Shown here: positions 30,819-45,057 of the stretch, in pieces | Numbering within the stretch: the stretch's first letter is position 1 | Layout: each line of letters starts with the position of its first letter | Source of the DNA: Dictyostelium discoideum | Taxonomy: Eukaryota | Assembly (NCBI GenBank): GCA_000004695.1 | Contig: CM000153.2 | Coordinates: 672,001-736,000 of the forward strand | Direction of reading: 5' to 3' | DNA: 64,000 nt | Made by a program: the position numbers and the translations under genes | Notes under the pieces: generated by a model | Seen by the model: only the letters and a program-made list of their open reading frames with translations | Database searches by the model: none | What the model was told of the DNA's origin: nothing

Positions 30819-33800
30819 ATGGCACCACCTACTAAAAGTAAAGATAATTTATTATTATGGTGTCAAAAAGTTATAAAATCATATGATGGTGATGATAATG
30901 ATGAAAATAAAGAATTTAAATTAAAAGAAATTAAAGATTTTTCAGAATCATGGAAAGATGGTAAAGGATTTTTAGCGATTGTTCATTATGTATTTCCAAG
31001 TGAAGAATTTAATTTCAAAGAGAAATTAATTGAATTGAAAACACCATTTCAACGTACAAAATTTGCATTCAACTATGCACAAGATAAAGGTATTTCAAAA
31101 TTATTAGAAGAAGATCAATTTAAAGATGACAATGATGATAATCAATTAAATTCATTGGAATCTGAAAAATTATCAATTGAAACTTATTTATCATGTTTTT
31201 ATCATGATTATAATAAAAAATTAGAAAATGAAAAGATTGAATTAAAATTAAAAGAATTGTTAGGTAATATTGATCAAATAGTTGAAACTTCTGTAAATAA
31301 TTTAAAAGAAAATAATAATAATGATGATGATGATTTTGAAATTAATGGTAAAGTATTAATAAAAAAAAAAAATATATTTTTTAAAAAAAAAACATATGTT
31401 TTTCACTCCCTCCCTCCCTCCCCCCTTTCCCCCACACAAATTTATTTATATATTAATCATTTTTTATTTTTTTTTATTTATTTTTTTTAATTAGATTTTT
31501 CAATTGAAAAAGAAATGGAAAAAATTGAATTAATTAAAAATAAATTAGTTGAATCAAATAAAAATGTAGAGAATAAAAAGAATGAAAGTTCAATAACTAA
31601 ACAGAAATTAATGGATTTAGAAACAATGATTCAAAGTGTTCAAGATGAGTTGGTTGAGAATGAGAATATTAGTAAAAAGTTTAGACAAGAGATAGAAAAG
31701 AGAGAAGAGGATTTAAAGAATAAAATTGAGAAAGAGAAAGAACAATATGAAAAGCATATTCAAGAATTACAATCAAAAATCAATAAATTGAAAGAGAATG
31801 ATATTAAAGAGAGAGAAGAATTGAAAAAAAGATTAGAACAAGAGAGAAGAGCTAAAGAGGAGATATTGAAAAAGAAGAAACAATATGAGGATGAAATTAA
31901 GCAATTGAAATTGAATTTGGAGCAAGGTATAAAGGATAAACAGTTATTGGAGGAGAAAGAAATTAAGATCCAAGAAGAGAAATCCGAGGCACAGCTAAAG
32001 CATCGTGAGGAGATGAAAAGGTTGCGTGAGGATCTATTGAATGCCTCATCAAGGAATGAGTATCTCTCTATAGAGTTGAATAACGAGCAAGCTTTGAAGT
32101 CGGATTTATTGGAGAACCGAAAGAAGATACAAACCAATGTGAACCAATTGGAGAGGGATGTCGATAGTGAGAAGAGGGATTTAAGCCAAATCCAAAAGGC
32201 AAAGGACAAACTATCAGCATCGGTCAAGAAGACCTTAATGGAACTAGAACAAGAGACAAAGACCTACAATTTACGTGACAAGACTAAAAAAGAGATTGAG
32301 CGTGAGAAGGAGATACTTCGTCAAGAACGTGAGAAAGAGCAAATGGAGAAGCTTCGTGTAGAGAAAGAGAAAAGAATTGCACAGAATCAATTGGATGGGT
32401 TGAAGGATGATCATGATAATGAGCGTGTTAAAGTTAGAGAATTGAAATTCACAATTGCAGATTTAGATAGAAAGATTGATGTCACTGAAACTGATATAAT
32501 CGATGAAACTAAAAGAACCAATAAATTGATAGATTATTTCGAAGAGAAGGCAAAAATTCAACAAGATAAAGTAAAACAAAGAAACGATCAACGTGTAAAG
32601 AAATTAGAGGATTTGAAAGGCGGATTCGCAAGACAGAATTCTCACAATTCCGAGCAGTTAAAGAAAGAGATGGAACGTATGTCTAGTTTAAATAAAGAAA
32701 AGATTGAGCTATCTTCAAAAGATTCAGATTTACAACACCAATATCAACAAGAGAGAAAAGAAAAGAAGAATAGTGAAAAGTTGAAAAGAAATTTAGATGA
32801 TCAATTAAATCAAGTGAAACATTTACTTAATCTTGAGAATAAGGGTAGAGTTGCAAGAGAGAATTCTAAAACCAAATTAGAGATTGAAACTAAACAAATG
32901 AAATCCACACTCTCTGATGAACATCACAAGAGGGAACAAGCAAAAGAAAGAAATCAAACATTACAAAATGATACAGAATCGGTTGAAAAGAAATTACAAC
33001 AATCAAAACAACAATTTGATCAATTAAAAGAACAACGTGAACAATTGAAATTGGAAGCAATCTCATTGGATAGTGAAATCACCAATGTCGTAACAGAGAA
33101 AATCATAGCTCAATCTGAAGCGGATTCACGTATTCGTGAGAATATTGAAAAACTTGAAGAAAAGTATAAATCAGAGATTAAAGCTAGAGAAGAATCCAAA
33201 TTACAATTGGAAACTAAACAATTCTTGGCAAATCAAAAACTTCAAGATAGAATTGACCAACAGAAACAATTGGAACAACAAAGAATTGATCGTGATAAAG
33301 AGTTGAGATTATTGAATGAGAAATTGGAGCAATTGGAAACCGACTCTGAAATCTCTGATACTCCACTACAAAAACTTCGTGAAGAAATTAGATCTTTGAA
33401 AATTCAAGCTGAAAAAGATAAAGAAGAATGTGAAGATTCCCAAGAATTAGTACAACAGATGGAATCTGATATCAAAAGATTAGAATATGAAGTATTGGAT
33501 GAATCAAGTGAAGCCTCCTTACATCAAAGACAACTTGAAATACTTGAAAAGAAATTACGTGAGGCTGAAGATGAATTACACTCTCATAATTTACAATTAC
33601 AACAACAACAAATAGAATTTGAACAAAAAATTCAAAAAGAAAAAAGAAGACAAAAAAAAGAAGCTGCAAAACAAGAAAAAGAATTAAAAGATTCAATGAT
33701 TGAAGAACACCAAAGAAAATTAGATCTTTTAAATTTAAAATTTAATCGTTCAAAAGCAACAATTGATGATGAAAATAAAGAATCTGATAAAAAAGTTTTA

Positions 33801-33881
33801 GAAAAAAGAAAATTATTAATGAATTTAATGGAATTAAATAATAGTAATAATAATAGTAATAATAATTTAAATAATAAATAA
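30819..33881 (+). CDS. Calponin-homology (CH) domain plus long coiled-coil protein, 971 aa. Exons 30819-31347 and 31495-33881; the intron is 31348-31494.
   Basis: The N-terminal CH-domain signature is LLLWCQKV...FSESWKDGKGFLAIVHYVFP. A GTAAAG donor and TTAATTAG acceptor join it in phase to a 795-codon charged heptad-rich ORF (E/K/Q/L-rich). Confidence 0.7.
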
Positions 33882-34024
33882 ATAAATAAATAATTAATGT
33901 ATATCTTTTTTTTTTTTTTTAATTTAAATATATTTTATTTAATTATCACCCCCTCTCCTCCCCCCTGTTCATGTTTTTTAAAAATATTGAAAGTTGGCAT
34001 TTTCTTTTTTTTTTTTTTAATTAA

Positions 34025-35206
34025 TTAATTATTAATTGGTTCTTTCCAATGACAAAAATTACAAATTCTTTGAATTTTGTTGAAAGGTGGTAAATATAAA
34101 ATACCAGTACATTTAATTGATTGATTTTTACAAGTGTAATTTTCAATTGTTTTTTCAATTTCTAATGATAAATTTGATAATGGTGGTAGTGTACATCTTT
34201 TACATTTACATTCAAAATAATAAATTTCCTTTAAATGTAAAAGTCTATCATTTTTTGACATTCTAATATCAATATATGAAATTGATAATTCATCACCTTT
34301 TTTAATTGGAATTAAACTATAAATACTTATTGATTGATTTTCTTGTACTCTAACACAATTTGGAAAACAACTATGATTAAAATATGATATACTAATATTA
34401 TCATCTTTATCATTATTATTATTATAGATTGTTTGATTACCATACATACTTAGTCCAAAACATTCATCACTATTTTTCCAAAGTCCAAATGAATTTCTTT
34501 GAGATTTTGCATATAATTCTTCAATAATAACTTTATCAATATTAAAAAAGAAATTATTAAATAATTTTCTTAAATTAAATGATTTATTTTTTATATTCTT
34601 AATTTCATTTAATGATAATGTTTGATTATTATTATCATTATTAAAATCACCAATAAGTTGATTCATTTCAATTAATAATAATTTAAATTTATTATTATTA
34701 TTAGTTGAATATGCAATTTTTGATAAATAATTTATAATCATTCTATTTTCAGTTTGATCATGTAATGTATTTATTTTCGGAGATATGGTTTGGTCATGAT
34801 AATTTGATAAAATTAAACATTCTAATGGTGTATGAATATTTGTTGAGGTTGAATCTTGAAATGATTCTATTGACATTACTTTTTCAAAACATTCATCTGA
34901 ACAAAAATAAATTAATTTACAATTATTACATCTAATTATATAGTTTTTATTAATATCAACTTTAAATTTATTAAATTTTGCATTGTTGATTTCATGAGAA
35001 TTTGAAAAACAATTAAAACAAAATTGGTTAACTAAATGTTTATGAAAACTAAAACACATTGGTGATTGGACTTTTATAATTAATTCACCAAGTTTCATAT
35101 CAATTTTACTTTCAATAAATTTACCACTTTCTAATGTTTCATTAATTTCAATTTTTTTAAAATTAATTTCATTATCATTTTTATTATTATTATTATTATT
35201 TTCCAT
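34025..35206 (-). CDS. SET and MYND domain-containing (SMYD-like) lysine methyltransferase, 393 aa.
   Basis: A MYND-type Cys cluster (CFSFHKHLVNQFCFNCF...CNNCKLIYFCSDECFEKV), the SET signatures NHSCFPNCV and GDELSISY, and a post-SET Cys cluster CKCKRC. Confidence 0.8.
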   Translation of the reverse strand: MENNNNNNKNDNEINFKKIEINETLESGKFIESKIDMKLGELIIKVQSPMCFSFHKHLVNQFCFNCFSNSHEINNAKFNKFKVDINKNYIIRCNNCKLIYFCSDECFEKVMSIESFQDSTSTNIHTPLECLILSNYHDQTISPKINTLHDQTENRMIINYLSKIAYSTNNNNKFKLLLIEMNQLIGDFNNDNNNQTLSLNEIKNIKNKSFNLRKLFNNFFFNIDKVIIEELYAKSQRNSFGLWKNSDECFGLSMYGNQTIYNNNNDKDDNISISYFNHSCFPNCVRVQENQSISIYSLIPIKKGDELSISYIDIRMSKNDRLLHLKEIYYFECKCKRCTLPPLSNLSLEIEKTIENYTCKNQSIKCTGILYLPPFNKIQRICNFCHWKEPINN

Positions 35207-35431
35207 AAACTATATTATTTAATACCAAATTTTTTTTTTTTTTTTTTTTAGATATTATGTTTTCATTGTGGAATTTATTTTTTTTTTTCTTTTTTTTTTT
35301 TTAATTTTTTTATTTTTATTTTCATTTTATCAAAAAACGACTTTTTTTTTTTTTTTTTTTTAATTTTTATTTTTAATTTTTATTTTAATCAAAAACGATT
35401 CTGTTTTTTTAAAAAAAAAAATAAATAAATA

Positions 35432-36214
35432 ATGTCAACATTTAAAATTTCTGATAATAAAGATGAAAAATGTCGTGTTGGTACAATAGAAATTGGTGAA
35501 AAGAGTTATTCAACTCCATCATTTTTGTTATATACTAAAGAAGGTAGTCCAATCAATTTGACAAAAGATCTTTTAAATCAATTACCACATGAAAAAACTC
35601 ATTCATTACAATTATTATTTTCAGATTTGTAATATATTAACACTTTTAAAAAAAAAAAAAAAAAAAAAGAAAAAGTTCTAATTTTTATTTATTATTTTAA
35701 AAAAAAAAAAAGATTTCAATTTACAGATGTTTTAGAAAAATTTGAAAAAGGTGTACATAAATTTTTAGCATTACAAGATCATTTATTATTTTTATTAATT
35801 AGAGATTCAAGTAGTTTTGTTGAAGCAGAATTTAATGATGATTCAATTTCAGTTACAACTAGAAAAGGTAAAACAAAAATAACAATTCAAGATTATGTAA
35901 AATTGGTTAAAATTATTAAACCAGATTTTGCAACATCTCTATCTGTTGATATTGCATGGGAAACTTCAAGAAAGAAAGCAACTAAAATTGTAAATTCTTC
36001 ATCAGTTTGGTTAGAGAAATTCTTGGATTCAAATACCACCACTGCTATCAATACATTTGGTGTTATTCAAGGTGGTAAATTTGATGATCTTAGAATGAAA
36101 TCACTTCAAGATTTATTAAAACATAAAGATAAATTATTTGGTACAATTTTAAGTGGTTTTGGTACTGGTGAAACAAATGATGAAAGAAATCAAATTATTA
36201 AAAAATTAATTGTA

Positions 36215-36295
<81 letters not shown>

Positions 36296-36851
36296 TTTAT
36301 TTTTATAAATATATTAATTAAAATTGATTATTATTTATTTATTTATTTAGGATGAATTACCAAAAGAACATGTAAAATTAATTAGTGGTGTTGGATCACC
36401 TGAAGAAATTTTAAATTTAGTTGAATTAGGTGTTGATTTATTTAGTACAAATTATCCAAATTTAATGACAGAATGGGGTAATGCTTTAACATTTAATTTT
36501 AAATTTGATGATAAATTAAAAGAAGAATCTGATGATAATGTTGAAAATAAAATTAATTTATGGGATAGTAAATATGTAATTGATGCAACACCAATCATTA
36601 AAGGTTGTGATTGTTTCACTTGTATTCAACATACTAAAGCATATATTCATCATTTATTAAATACTCATGAAATGTTGGCTGAAGTATTATTAACAATTCA
36701 TAATGTTTCTCATTATCTTGGTTTCTTTGAAGAAATTAGAAGAGTTATTAAAGATTCTAAATTTCCAGAATATAAAAAATTATTTTTAGAAAAAAGAATT
36801 CAAATAAATGATAATAGTAATAATAATAATAATAATAATAATATTAACAAC

Positions 36852-36918
<67 letters not shown>

Positions 36919-36938
36919 GTAATAATAATGAAAAGTAA
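35432..36938 (+). CDS. Queuine tRNA-ribosyltransferase accessory subunit 2 (QTRT2/QTRTD1-like; TGT family), 427 aa. Exons 35432-35628, 35713-36211, 36351-36938.
   Basis: The N-terminus ...STPSFLLYTKEGSPINLTKDLL is like QTRT2 (IPGCLLYTKTGSAPHLT). The zinc motif is CDCFTCIQHTKAYIHHLLNTHEMLAEVLLTIHNVSHYLGFFEEIR (human QTRT2: [41 protein letters not shown]). Introns have GTAATA and GTAATT donors, and the second carries an (ATT)n tract. Confidence 0.8.
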
Positions 36939-37016
36939 TAATGAAAAATAATAATGAAAAATAAATTAATAAATTAATTTATCTGAATATTTTTTTTATT
37001 CAATTTTTTGATTTTT

Positions 37017-37069
<53 letters not shown>

Positions 37070-37168
37070 CATTTTTTTTTTTTTTTTTTCATTTTTTATT
37101 AATTAAATTAAACTTCACTTCAGCTATATATATATACACCCACACACAATATAAATAAATACACTCCA

Positions 37169-39416
37169 ATGAGTAGTGGTACCAACCCGTCATCAATAAA
37201 AAAATCAGAAACTAGAGTTAATAATAATAATAATCAATATTTGACGTCACCACTAACTAAAGATACTCCTACTAGGAAATTATCATCAAAAAAACAAGAG
37301 CAACAACAACAACAACCTGTAAATTTTATTTAAACAAAATAAATTATAGTGGAATAAAATTAAATAATAACTTTTTTTTATTTTTTTTATTTTTTTATTT
37401 TTTTTTTTTTATTATTTTTAATATTTTCATTAAAAAAAAGGATTCAACTGTACATATAACTAAAGTTTTATCAAAAACTTCAATTCAAACACAACCACAA
37501 CAACAACAATCACAACAGTCTCAACAACAACAACAGCAGCAACCACAACAACAACAACAACCACAACAACCACAACAACAGCAGCAACAACAACAGCAAC
37601 AACCATCAACAACCTCAACTTCAACAAACTCAACAGTAACCTCAACTTCAACAACATCACAGATTAGAGATAATAAATATTTATCAAAAACTCCAATTAA
37701 TAATGAACCAATTAAAATATTATCAAAACAATTAAAATTTCAAAACTATGAAACTGTATATAATATATTAAGTAGATCTAATACCCAATTCACTGTTATA
37801 GGTGTAATTGGTGGTCAATCTTGTGGTAAATCTACATTACTATCATCTTTAATTAAAAGATCACATGATAATAGTCAAACTCAACAACAGCAACAACAAA
37901 CGAATGATTCAACAACAACAACAACAACAACATCAAATACTACTTCAACTACTACAACACCATCATCATCATCATCAACAACAACAGTATCAAATAATAA
38001 TGCAAAATTATTTGAAATTCAAACTGATAATAACTTTGGATTAGGTAAACATCAAACAATTGGTATTGATTTATTTGTATCAGAAGAAGAGAGGATTATT
38101 TATTTAGATACTCAACCACTTCAAAGTTTATCAATTATTTGTGAAATGATTGAAGACAATTTTCATTTACCCAATCAATTCAACTCATATGAACAATATC
38201 ATCATATGCAATGTTTAAGATTAATAGTTTATCTTTTATCAATTTGTAATGTAGTATTGGTAGTTCAAGAGAATAAATCATTGGATATACCGTTTTGTAA
38301 ATTATTAAGATCAGCTTCTCTAATCTTAAAAAATAAAACACCCGATATTTCTAATCCATCTCAAACTGGTTTACCCTATAATTTTGAAAATGATATTTTA
38401 GAATCAACTGCTAGACAATGTAATGTATAATAAATAATAATAAATAATAATAAATAATAATAAATAATTATTATTTTTACAAAAGTACTCTTATTAATAA
38501 TTATTTTATATTAAATTAATCAATAGTATTTATTTTTAATAAATTAACAGAGATAGATACCAATGAAACTTGTTTTGATAAATCATTATCAGTTTTATTT
38601 TCAAATCCAAAGAATTTATATCAATCATTTATATCAAATTTATCAAATAATAATAATAATAATAATTCCACAAACAGCAGTAATAATTCGAATATGAGTG
38701 GTAGTGGTAGTGGTAGTGGTGATCAACAACAACAAAATACAATAGGTAGTAAATATCAATTAATGAATCATTTTGATAGTTTTTTCATACCAGACAGATA
38801 TTTACAAGAGATAGCAAATAATGCCACCACTGAAATATTAGGTGTTAATAGTTCAGATATTAATCCAAACACTATTAATGGTACAAAGAAAAGACAACAA
38901 CAACAAACCAATACAAAATTACAACCTACTTTTAATGAATCCATTGAATATCTTCATAAACATTTACTACTAATGAGATCAGTCTCCAAATTCACTCATG
39001 AAATCTCTGAAAGACAATGGCTTGAAAACGCTCAAAACCTTTGGAATTACCTTCAAGATTGTGATCTTTTATCATCTTATAACCATCAACTTTCAAAATC
39101 AAAATTTAGTATTAATAATACTCAACAAATTAATAAAAAAAGTAATCAACATCAACATCAACATCAACATCAACAACATCAACAACATCAACAACATCAA
39201 CAACATCACCAACATCAACATCAACAACATCAACATCAACATCAACAACATCAACATCAGAATCAAAATCAACATCAACAACATCAACATCAAAATCAAC
39301 ATCAACAACATCAACACCAACATCAAAATCAAAATCCAAATCCACATACACACCAACAATATCAACAACATCAAAATCCACATTCATACCAACAACAACA
39401 AAACCAATATAAATAA
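37169..39416 (+). CDS. SMG9 homolog (nonsense-mediated decay factor), about 665 aa. Exons 37169-37318, 37441-about 38424, about 38553-39416. The second intron boundary is ambiguous. The C-terminus has a poly-His/Gln tail.
   Basis: P-loop-like segment FTVIGVIGGQSCGKSTLLSSL, then GIDLFVSEEERIIYLDTQPLQSL and LLSICNVVLVVQ...ARQCN. These match human SMG9 (VVGVLG.QG.GKS, SGIDFFITQERIVFLDTQPILSPS, LFTVCHVVIVVQD, LQCNVFPG). Exon 3 is in frame with the 38694 ORF. The alternative donor and acceptor pair is T|GTAATG...GATAG. Confidence 0.7.
39140..39400 (+). repeat. (CAACAT)n-type hexanucleotide repeat encoding poly-(His-Gln) at the SMG9 C-terminus.
   Basis: The direct repeat caacatcaacat... is visible. 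Antisense ORFs over it are artefacts. Confidence 0.85.
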
Positions 39417-39482
39417 AGATTATAGTTTTTTTTTTTATTTTTTTATTTTCTAAATTTTAAAGTTTTAAAGTTTTAAATTAAT

Positions 39483-39818
39483 TTATTTCCATTTAGCTGT
39501 ACCACTTCCTGAGCCACTTCCTGAACCACCTGTTGATCCTGAACCACTTCCTGATCCGCTGTAACTTGAACCCTATTTATTATTTAAAAAAGATAACCAA
39601 AAAATGTGTTAGTTTTATGTGAAAAAAAAAAAAGATAAAATAAATAAAAATGTAATAATTACAGTATTGATTGAACTATCTGTTCCACTTGTACCACCAC
39701 TAGAGCTAGTAGTTGTTGTGGTTGAACTAGAGTGGAATAAATGAGGATCCTCAGCTGAACAAAGAACTGAAGCAATTAATGCAAAAATTAAGAAAATAAT
39801 TGATAATTTCTTATTCAT
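39483..39818 (-). CDS. Small secreted Ser/Thr/Gly-rich protein, 81 aa. Exons 39818..39663 and 39572..39483. It has a signal peptide, then an S/T run, then (GS)n; the product is ...GSSYSGSGSGSGSTGGSGSGSGSGTAKWK.
   Basis: MNKKLSIIFLIFALIASVLCSAEDP... is a signal peptide. A GTAATT donor and AAATAG acceptor keep phase 0 into a Gly-Ser repeat exon ending in TAA. The flavour is that of the HssA/2C/7E-type small proteins of Dictyostelium. Confidence 0.5.
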
Positions 39819-40042
39819 TTTTATTTTTATTTTGTTTAGTATTATAAAATAAGAAAATGGTGATTGGGAAAAAAAAAAATAAAATAAAAAAAAAAATAAA
39901 AAAAAAAAAAGTGAAAATGACTGAGTTTTTTTTTGGAAATATCTCAAAAAAATATCTTGGGCCTAGCAATGGTTTGATTTTTTTTTACAACAAAATTTCT
40001 TTTTTTTTTTTCATTTTTTATTTTTTATTTTTTATTTTTATT

Positions 40043-41657
40043 TTATTTTTTATTATTTATCTTTTTATGATGATTTTGATTAATTTCAAATAAGAAAGGA
40101 TTTTCAGATAAAAAGTTCTCTTCATATAATTTACAATTTGAATAAGAGTTACCAGTTACATTTACAAAACCATAAGTATCACAACAAGTATTGTATTGTT
40201 CTTTGGCTTGTGGTAAATGAGAGGAAGGAGTGATTTCAGTTGAACCATCATCAAAACGAAGATAAGTTGAGATAGAGAATGGATTAGCTGTGATTTCTAA
40301 AACACGAGCACCATGTTTCCAACCAGTTGGGGGACCATAACCACCATAACCCGATTTTCTACCATAACCTAATTGAACACCATTGTATTCACCAATGAAA
40401 TCATTGTCGTGGTCATGACCACAATGCATTGAAATGATGTCACCCATCTCTTTGAAAGCTGCGAATAAACCAGTGTTTACAGAGAAACAGCAAACACCAG
40501 TATCGTATAAACTACCATTTACAGGATAAAAATTCCACATATCCATGTACTCTGGAATTGGGATGTGCATGAAAGCAATTGCAGGTACTACACGACCATA
40601 CTTTTCACGTAGTCCCATTGAGACTGTACGATACCATTCGATTTGGTCTGGGTAAACACAACCCCAGCCTTCGACACCTTGGCAATTATCATCACCACTA
40701 TCGAAAAAGTAAAGTATGGTTGCAACCTCTCCACTTGAAGGATCAGTAATTGGTAAATAGTAGTTGGTTGCACCTCTAATATCTGATGGACCTCTTTGAG
40801 TTAAACTTAAATTAAAAGTATTATCCAACTCTACGATTTGAACACGATCTAAATCAGCTTCATCATCATGATTACCCAATGTAAATGCCCAACGTATATT
40901 ATGTTTAATCATTGGTTCAACCAAATGAATCCATTTTTCAATGAACCAACCCTCTGTACCATTCCATGCATATCCACTAACTGAATCACCTGTCATTACA
41001 ACTAAATCACCATCTGGTTCTGCTGTTAATACTCCATTTTGAACTTGATTTGATAAATCATCTTTATAATCTGCTTCACCATAATGTAAATCTGTGAATT
41101 GAATTATTTTAAATTTACCATTTGAATTAAATTCTAAATCTCTAATAATTAAAATAATATTAAAAAAAAAAAAATAATAATAATAATAATATTAAAAAAA
41201 AAAAAATAAATAATAATAATAATATTAAAAAATAAAATAATAATTAATTATTTATTTATTTATTTATAATATATGTATTAAATTTTTATTTTTATTATTA
41301 TTTTTTTTTTTTTTTTTTTTTTTGTTTTTTAATTAAAAAATTTATTATAATTGAAAACAAGTTAATATCTGAATTTTATTTATTTTTATTTATATGTCTA
41401 TTTAATTATTAAATAAAAGTGTTATTTCTATTTATTATTATTGTTTTTTAATATTAATATTTTCACATTATAACAATCATCCAACAAATTATTTGTTTAT
41501 TTATAATAATGAGTTATGGTGATGATGATGATGTATTTATTTATTTATTTAAATTTATTTAAATTTATTTATTTAAATTTAAATTTATTTATTTATTTTT
41601 ATATTTATTTAATTTGTTTGATTGGTGGGATGTATTGCTGGTTTTTAAATTTTTTAA

Positions 41658-41696
<39 letters not shown>

Positions 41697-41824
41697 TATG
41701 CTTATTACTTTTGAATAGGTTGAGGGGTATTAGGTCCAAAGATTACTTTGGATAAAACACTTTCATAAAAGATTGTTAAAATTAAAATTATAAAAATAAC
41801 GGTATTGTTTTTTATCTTATTCAT
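40043..41824 (-). CDS. Secreted calcineurin-like metallophosphoesterase (purple-acid-phosphatase/Dcr2-like), 404 aa. Exon 1 is 41824..41709 (signal peptide) and exon 2 is 41141..40043. The intron is about 567 nt and AT-rich.
   Basis: The exon-2 frame extends upstream of the listed Met: ...KDLEFNSNGKFKIIQFTDLHYGE...DGDLVVMTGDSVSG...AFTLGNHDDE...MHIP...GHDHDND. These are metallophosphoesterase motifs (DxH, GDxx, GNH[DE], GHxH). Exon 1 (MNKIKNNTVIFIILILTIFYESVLS...) ends with AA|GTAATA, which matches the phase-2 acceptor TTATTAG|A. Confidence 0.65.
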
Positions 41825-42041
41825 CCTTTTCTTTTTTCAAAAAAAAAAAAATAAAAATAAAATAAAAATATATATATATATGCACAAAAATATAATACCA
41901 AATTGATTTGTTATTACAACAATTAAACTAACCTAATAAAAAAGAAAAAAAAAACAAAAACAAAACAAAATAGATTAACTGTTAATGTGTGAGAAAATAT
42001 ATAAACAAATGGTGAACATTTTTTTTTTTTTTTTTTTGGCC

Positions 42042-42084
<43 letters not shown>

Positions 42085-43202
42085 CATTCCGAGCTAACCG
42101 CAGTAGTATTTTAACATTTTTTTTTATTTTTAGTCATCAAAGCACAAATAAACAGATCACGTGAAATTTTTTTTTTTATTATTTTTTTTTTTTTTTTTTA
42201 TTATTTTTTTTTTTTTTTTTATTATTTTTTATTTTTTTTTTATTTTTTTTTATTTTTTTTTATTTTTTTTTGGCTTTAAAAAAATAACAATAATTACACA
42301 ATTACAAGCAACTTGTTAACAATCACCCACACACCCACACACATTTAATATCGAATGAAAACAATAACAACAACAAAAAAAAAAAAACAATTGTTGGTAA
42401 AAATAGCTCTATTTGTGCAAATCAACAAAAGTCTATTGTTTTGGATATCCAAAATTTATATGGTTTATTTTTTCTTTAAAAAATGAAAATAAAAATAAAA
42501 ATTTTTAATTGAGTAAAGACTTATACAGTAACCTTGTGTATAAATATAGATTACTATTTAAATGGATAATTAATATTAATTAACCTACTTACAAAGATAG
42601 ATTAAAAAAAATTTATTGTTATTATTTTTTACAGTTATTATAATAGTAATTTTTATTATTATTATTATTATTTTTGTCTTTTCTTTTTTTTTTTTTTTTT
42701 TTTTTTTTGGGTCTTTTTTTTTTTTTATTTTTTGGTCAAAAAAAAAAAAAAAAAATAATTCAATTGAAGTTTCAATAAACCATTAGTGAGAAACTTTTTA
42801 TATATATGGGTAAATAATAGAATATTAATAATATTTGAATTTAAAAAAGGACAAACCACACCACACATACACTATATATAGTTATTTTGGTGTGGTTTGT
42901 GTGTGTGTATGTATGTAATTTATGATGATAGGTACCTCTTTTGGAAATTTAATCTCTTTCAATCTATCCTTCCTACCCATCAAAGATACCAAGTAATTTT
43001 AAAATAATAAAAAAAAAAAAAAAAATAATCAAATAAAAAAAAATATTCCTGAGGATTATGATGTATTATTTATTAAAATAAAATATTTGTTTAATAAATT
43101 TTTTTTTTTTTTTTTTAATTATTTTTAATTTTATTTTTTAAAATAAAAAAAAAAAAAATAAATACAAATAATATTTTTAATATAAAAACAATCATTTCAT
43201 TT

Positions 43203-43235
<33 letters not shown>

Positions 43236-43264
43236 TTTTAATTTTTATTGGGGGGGGAAATTTT

Positions 43265-43303
<39 letters not shown>

Positions 43304-43528
43304 TGGGAAAAGTATGATTCTAAAAATAATAATAATAAAACCACACAAATAATACCACCAAATATAAATATACCTTATAATCCCACAAAACCACCTTTTG
43401 GATATTCAAAAAATGTAAAAAAAAAAAAAAAAATCCAAAGTATAATGATGATAATAATACAACATAATTAATTATTATTTTTTTATAATCATTTTTTTTT
43501 TATTTATGTATTTATTTAATTTTTTTTT

Positions 43529-43581
<53 letters not shown>

Positions 43582-43639
43582 TTTCTTTTTTTTTTTTTTT
43601 TTAAAAAAAAAATATATATTTATATATTTAAAATTGAAT

Positions 43640-44583
43640 TTAATTTTTTTCAAATTCAACAACATTTATTTGACTAATTCCTTTTTTCATTTGATACATT
43701 TTTTCATCGGCAGATTTAATAATTGAAGAAACTTTAGTTTCAGATTTTTTAAAGACAACACCACCATATGAAAAGAAAATTGGAAGAATGGTTGAACTTG
43801 ATTCACCGTCGACAGTGAAGCTACTTGAAGAGACGTTTTTAGTGAATTGTGAAATGAAATGATCAGCATGATCAACATTTTCAACACCTCTTTTAATGAT
43901 TAAAAATTCATCACCACTTAATCGAATTGGAAGAACATTGGAATCCTTTTGTGCTTTGAATTGATTGGAAACATGTTTTAAGACCAAGTCACCGACTTCA
44001 TGACCATAGGTATCATTGATTGATTTGAATTTATTTAAATCCATGAAATAGAGTGCACAAAGATCAGTTTCAGATTTGTTACAAAACTTTTGAATCTTTT
44101 CATCGAGACGATAACGATTTGGTAAACCAGTTAATGGGTCATGAGCCAAAATGTATTTCAATTTCTTTAATTCAGATACTTCTTCACTAATATCCAAAAC
44201 CAATCCTCTAAATACTGATTTATTACATTTTCCAGAGAAACGATATTTCTTGGTACCATCAATTGATTTCAATACGATTCCTTTGGAATTTTGAATATCT
44301 TGTTCATCATTATTACTATTATTATTTAATGCTAATACAAAATCATTTGGATCAATATTTAATGATTCACAAAATGATTGGATACTAAAATATTTATCAG
44401 ATGTTGTTTGTGTTTGTTCAATATTATTATTATTATTATTTGAATTATTATTATTATTATTATTAAATTCTTCGGTAGAATTATTATTATTATTATTTAC
44501 AATTTTAACACTTTTATTTAAAATATTATTATTATTTAAAATATTAATATTATTACTACTACTATTATTATTATTATTACTAC

Positions 44584-44614
<31 letters not shown>

Positions 44615-45001
44615 TATATTATTATTATTATTATTTTCATTATTATTTGTATTTGTATTTGTATTTGTATTTGTATTTGTATTTAAATATTGAGTTAAAT
44701 TATTTGATGAATTTGATTTTGTCAAAACTGGATTGATGGTATTTACAACTTTTTGAGCAAAATTAATTTCTAATACAATAAGAGTTGGTGTATAATTTAA
44801 AATTTGTTTGAAAGTGTTTGTTTCGGATAACATTTTTCTTTCTCTTTGAATAAAAGTATATATTAAAACAACTACAATTAAAAGGAATAACATATTATCT
44901 TTTGTAATATACAAATTACTATTATTATTCATTTGATTATATTGCATATAATTATTATTATAATTATAATTATTATTATTATTATTATTATTTATATAGT
45001 A

Positions 45002-45057
<56 letters not shown>

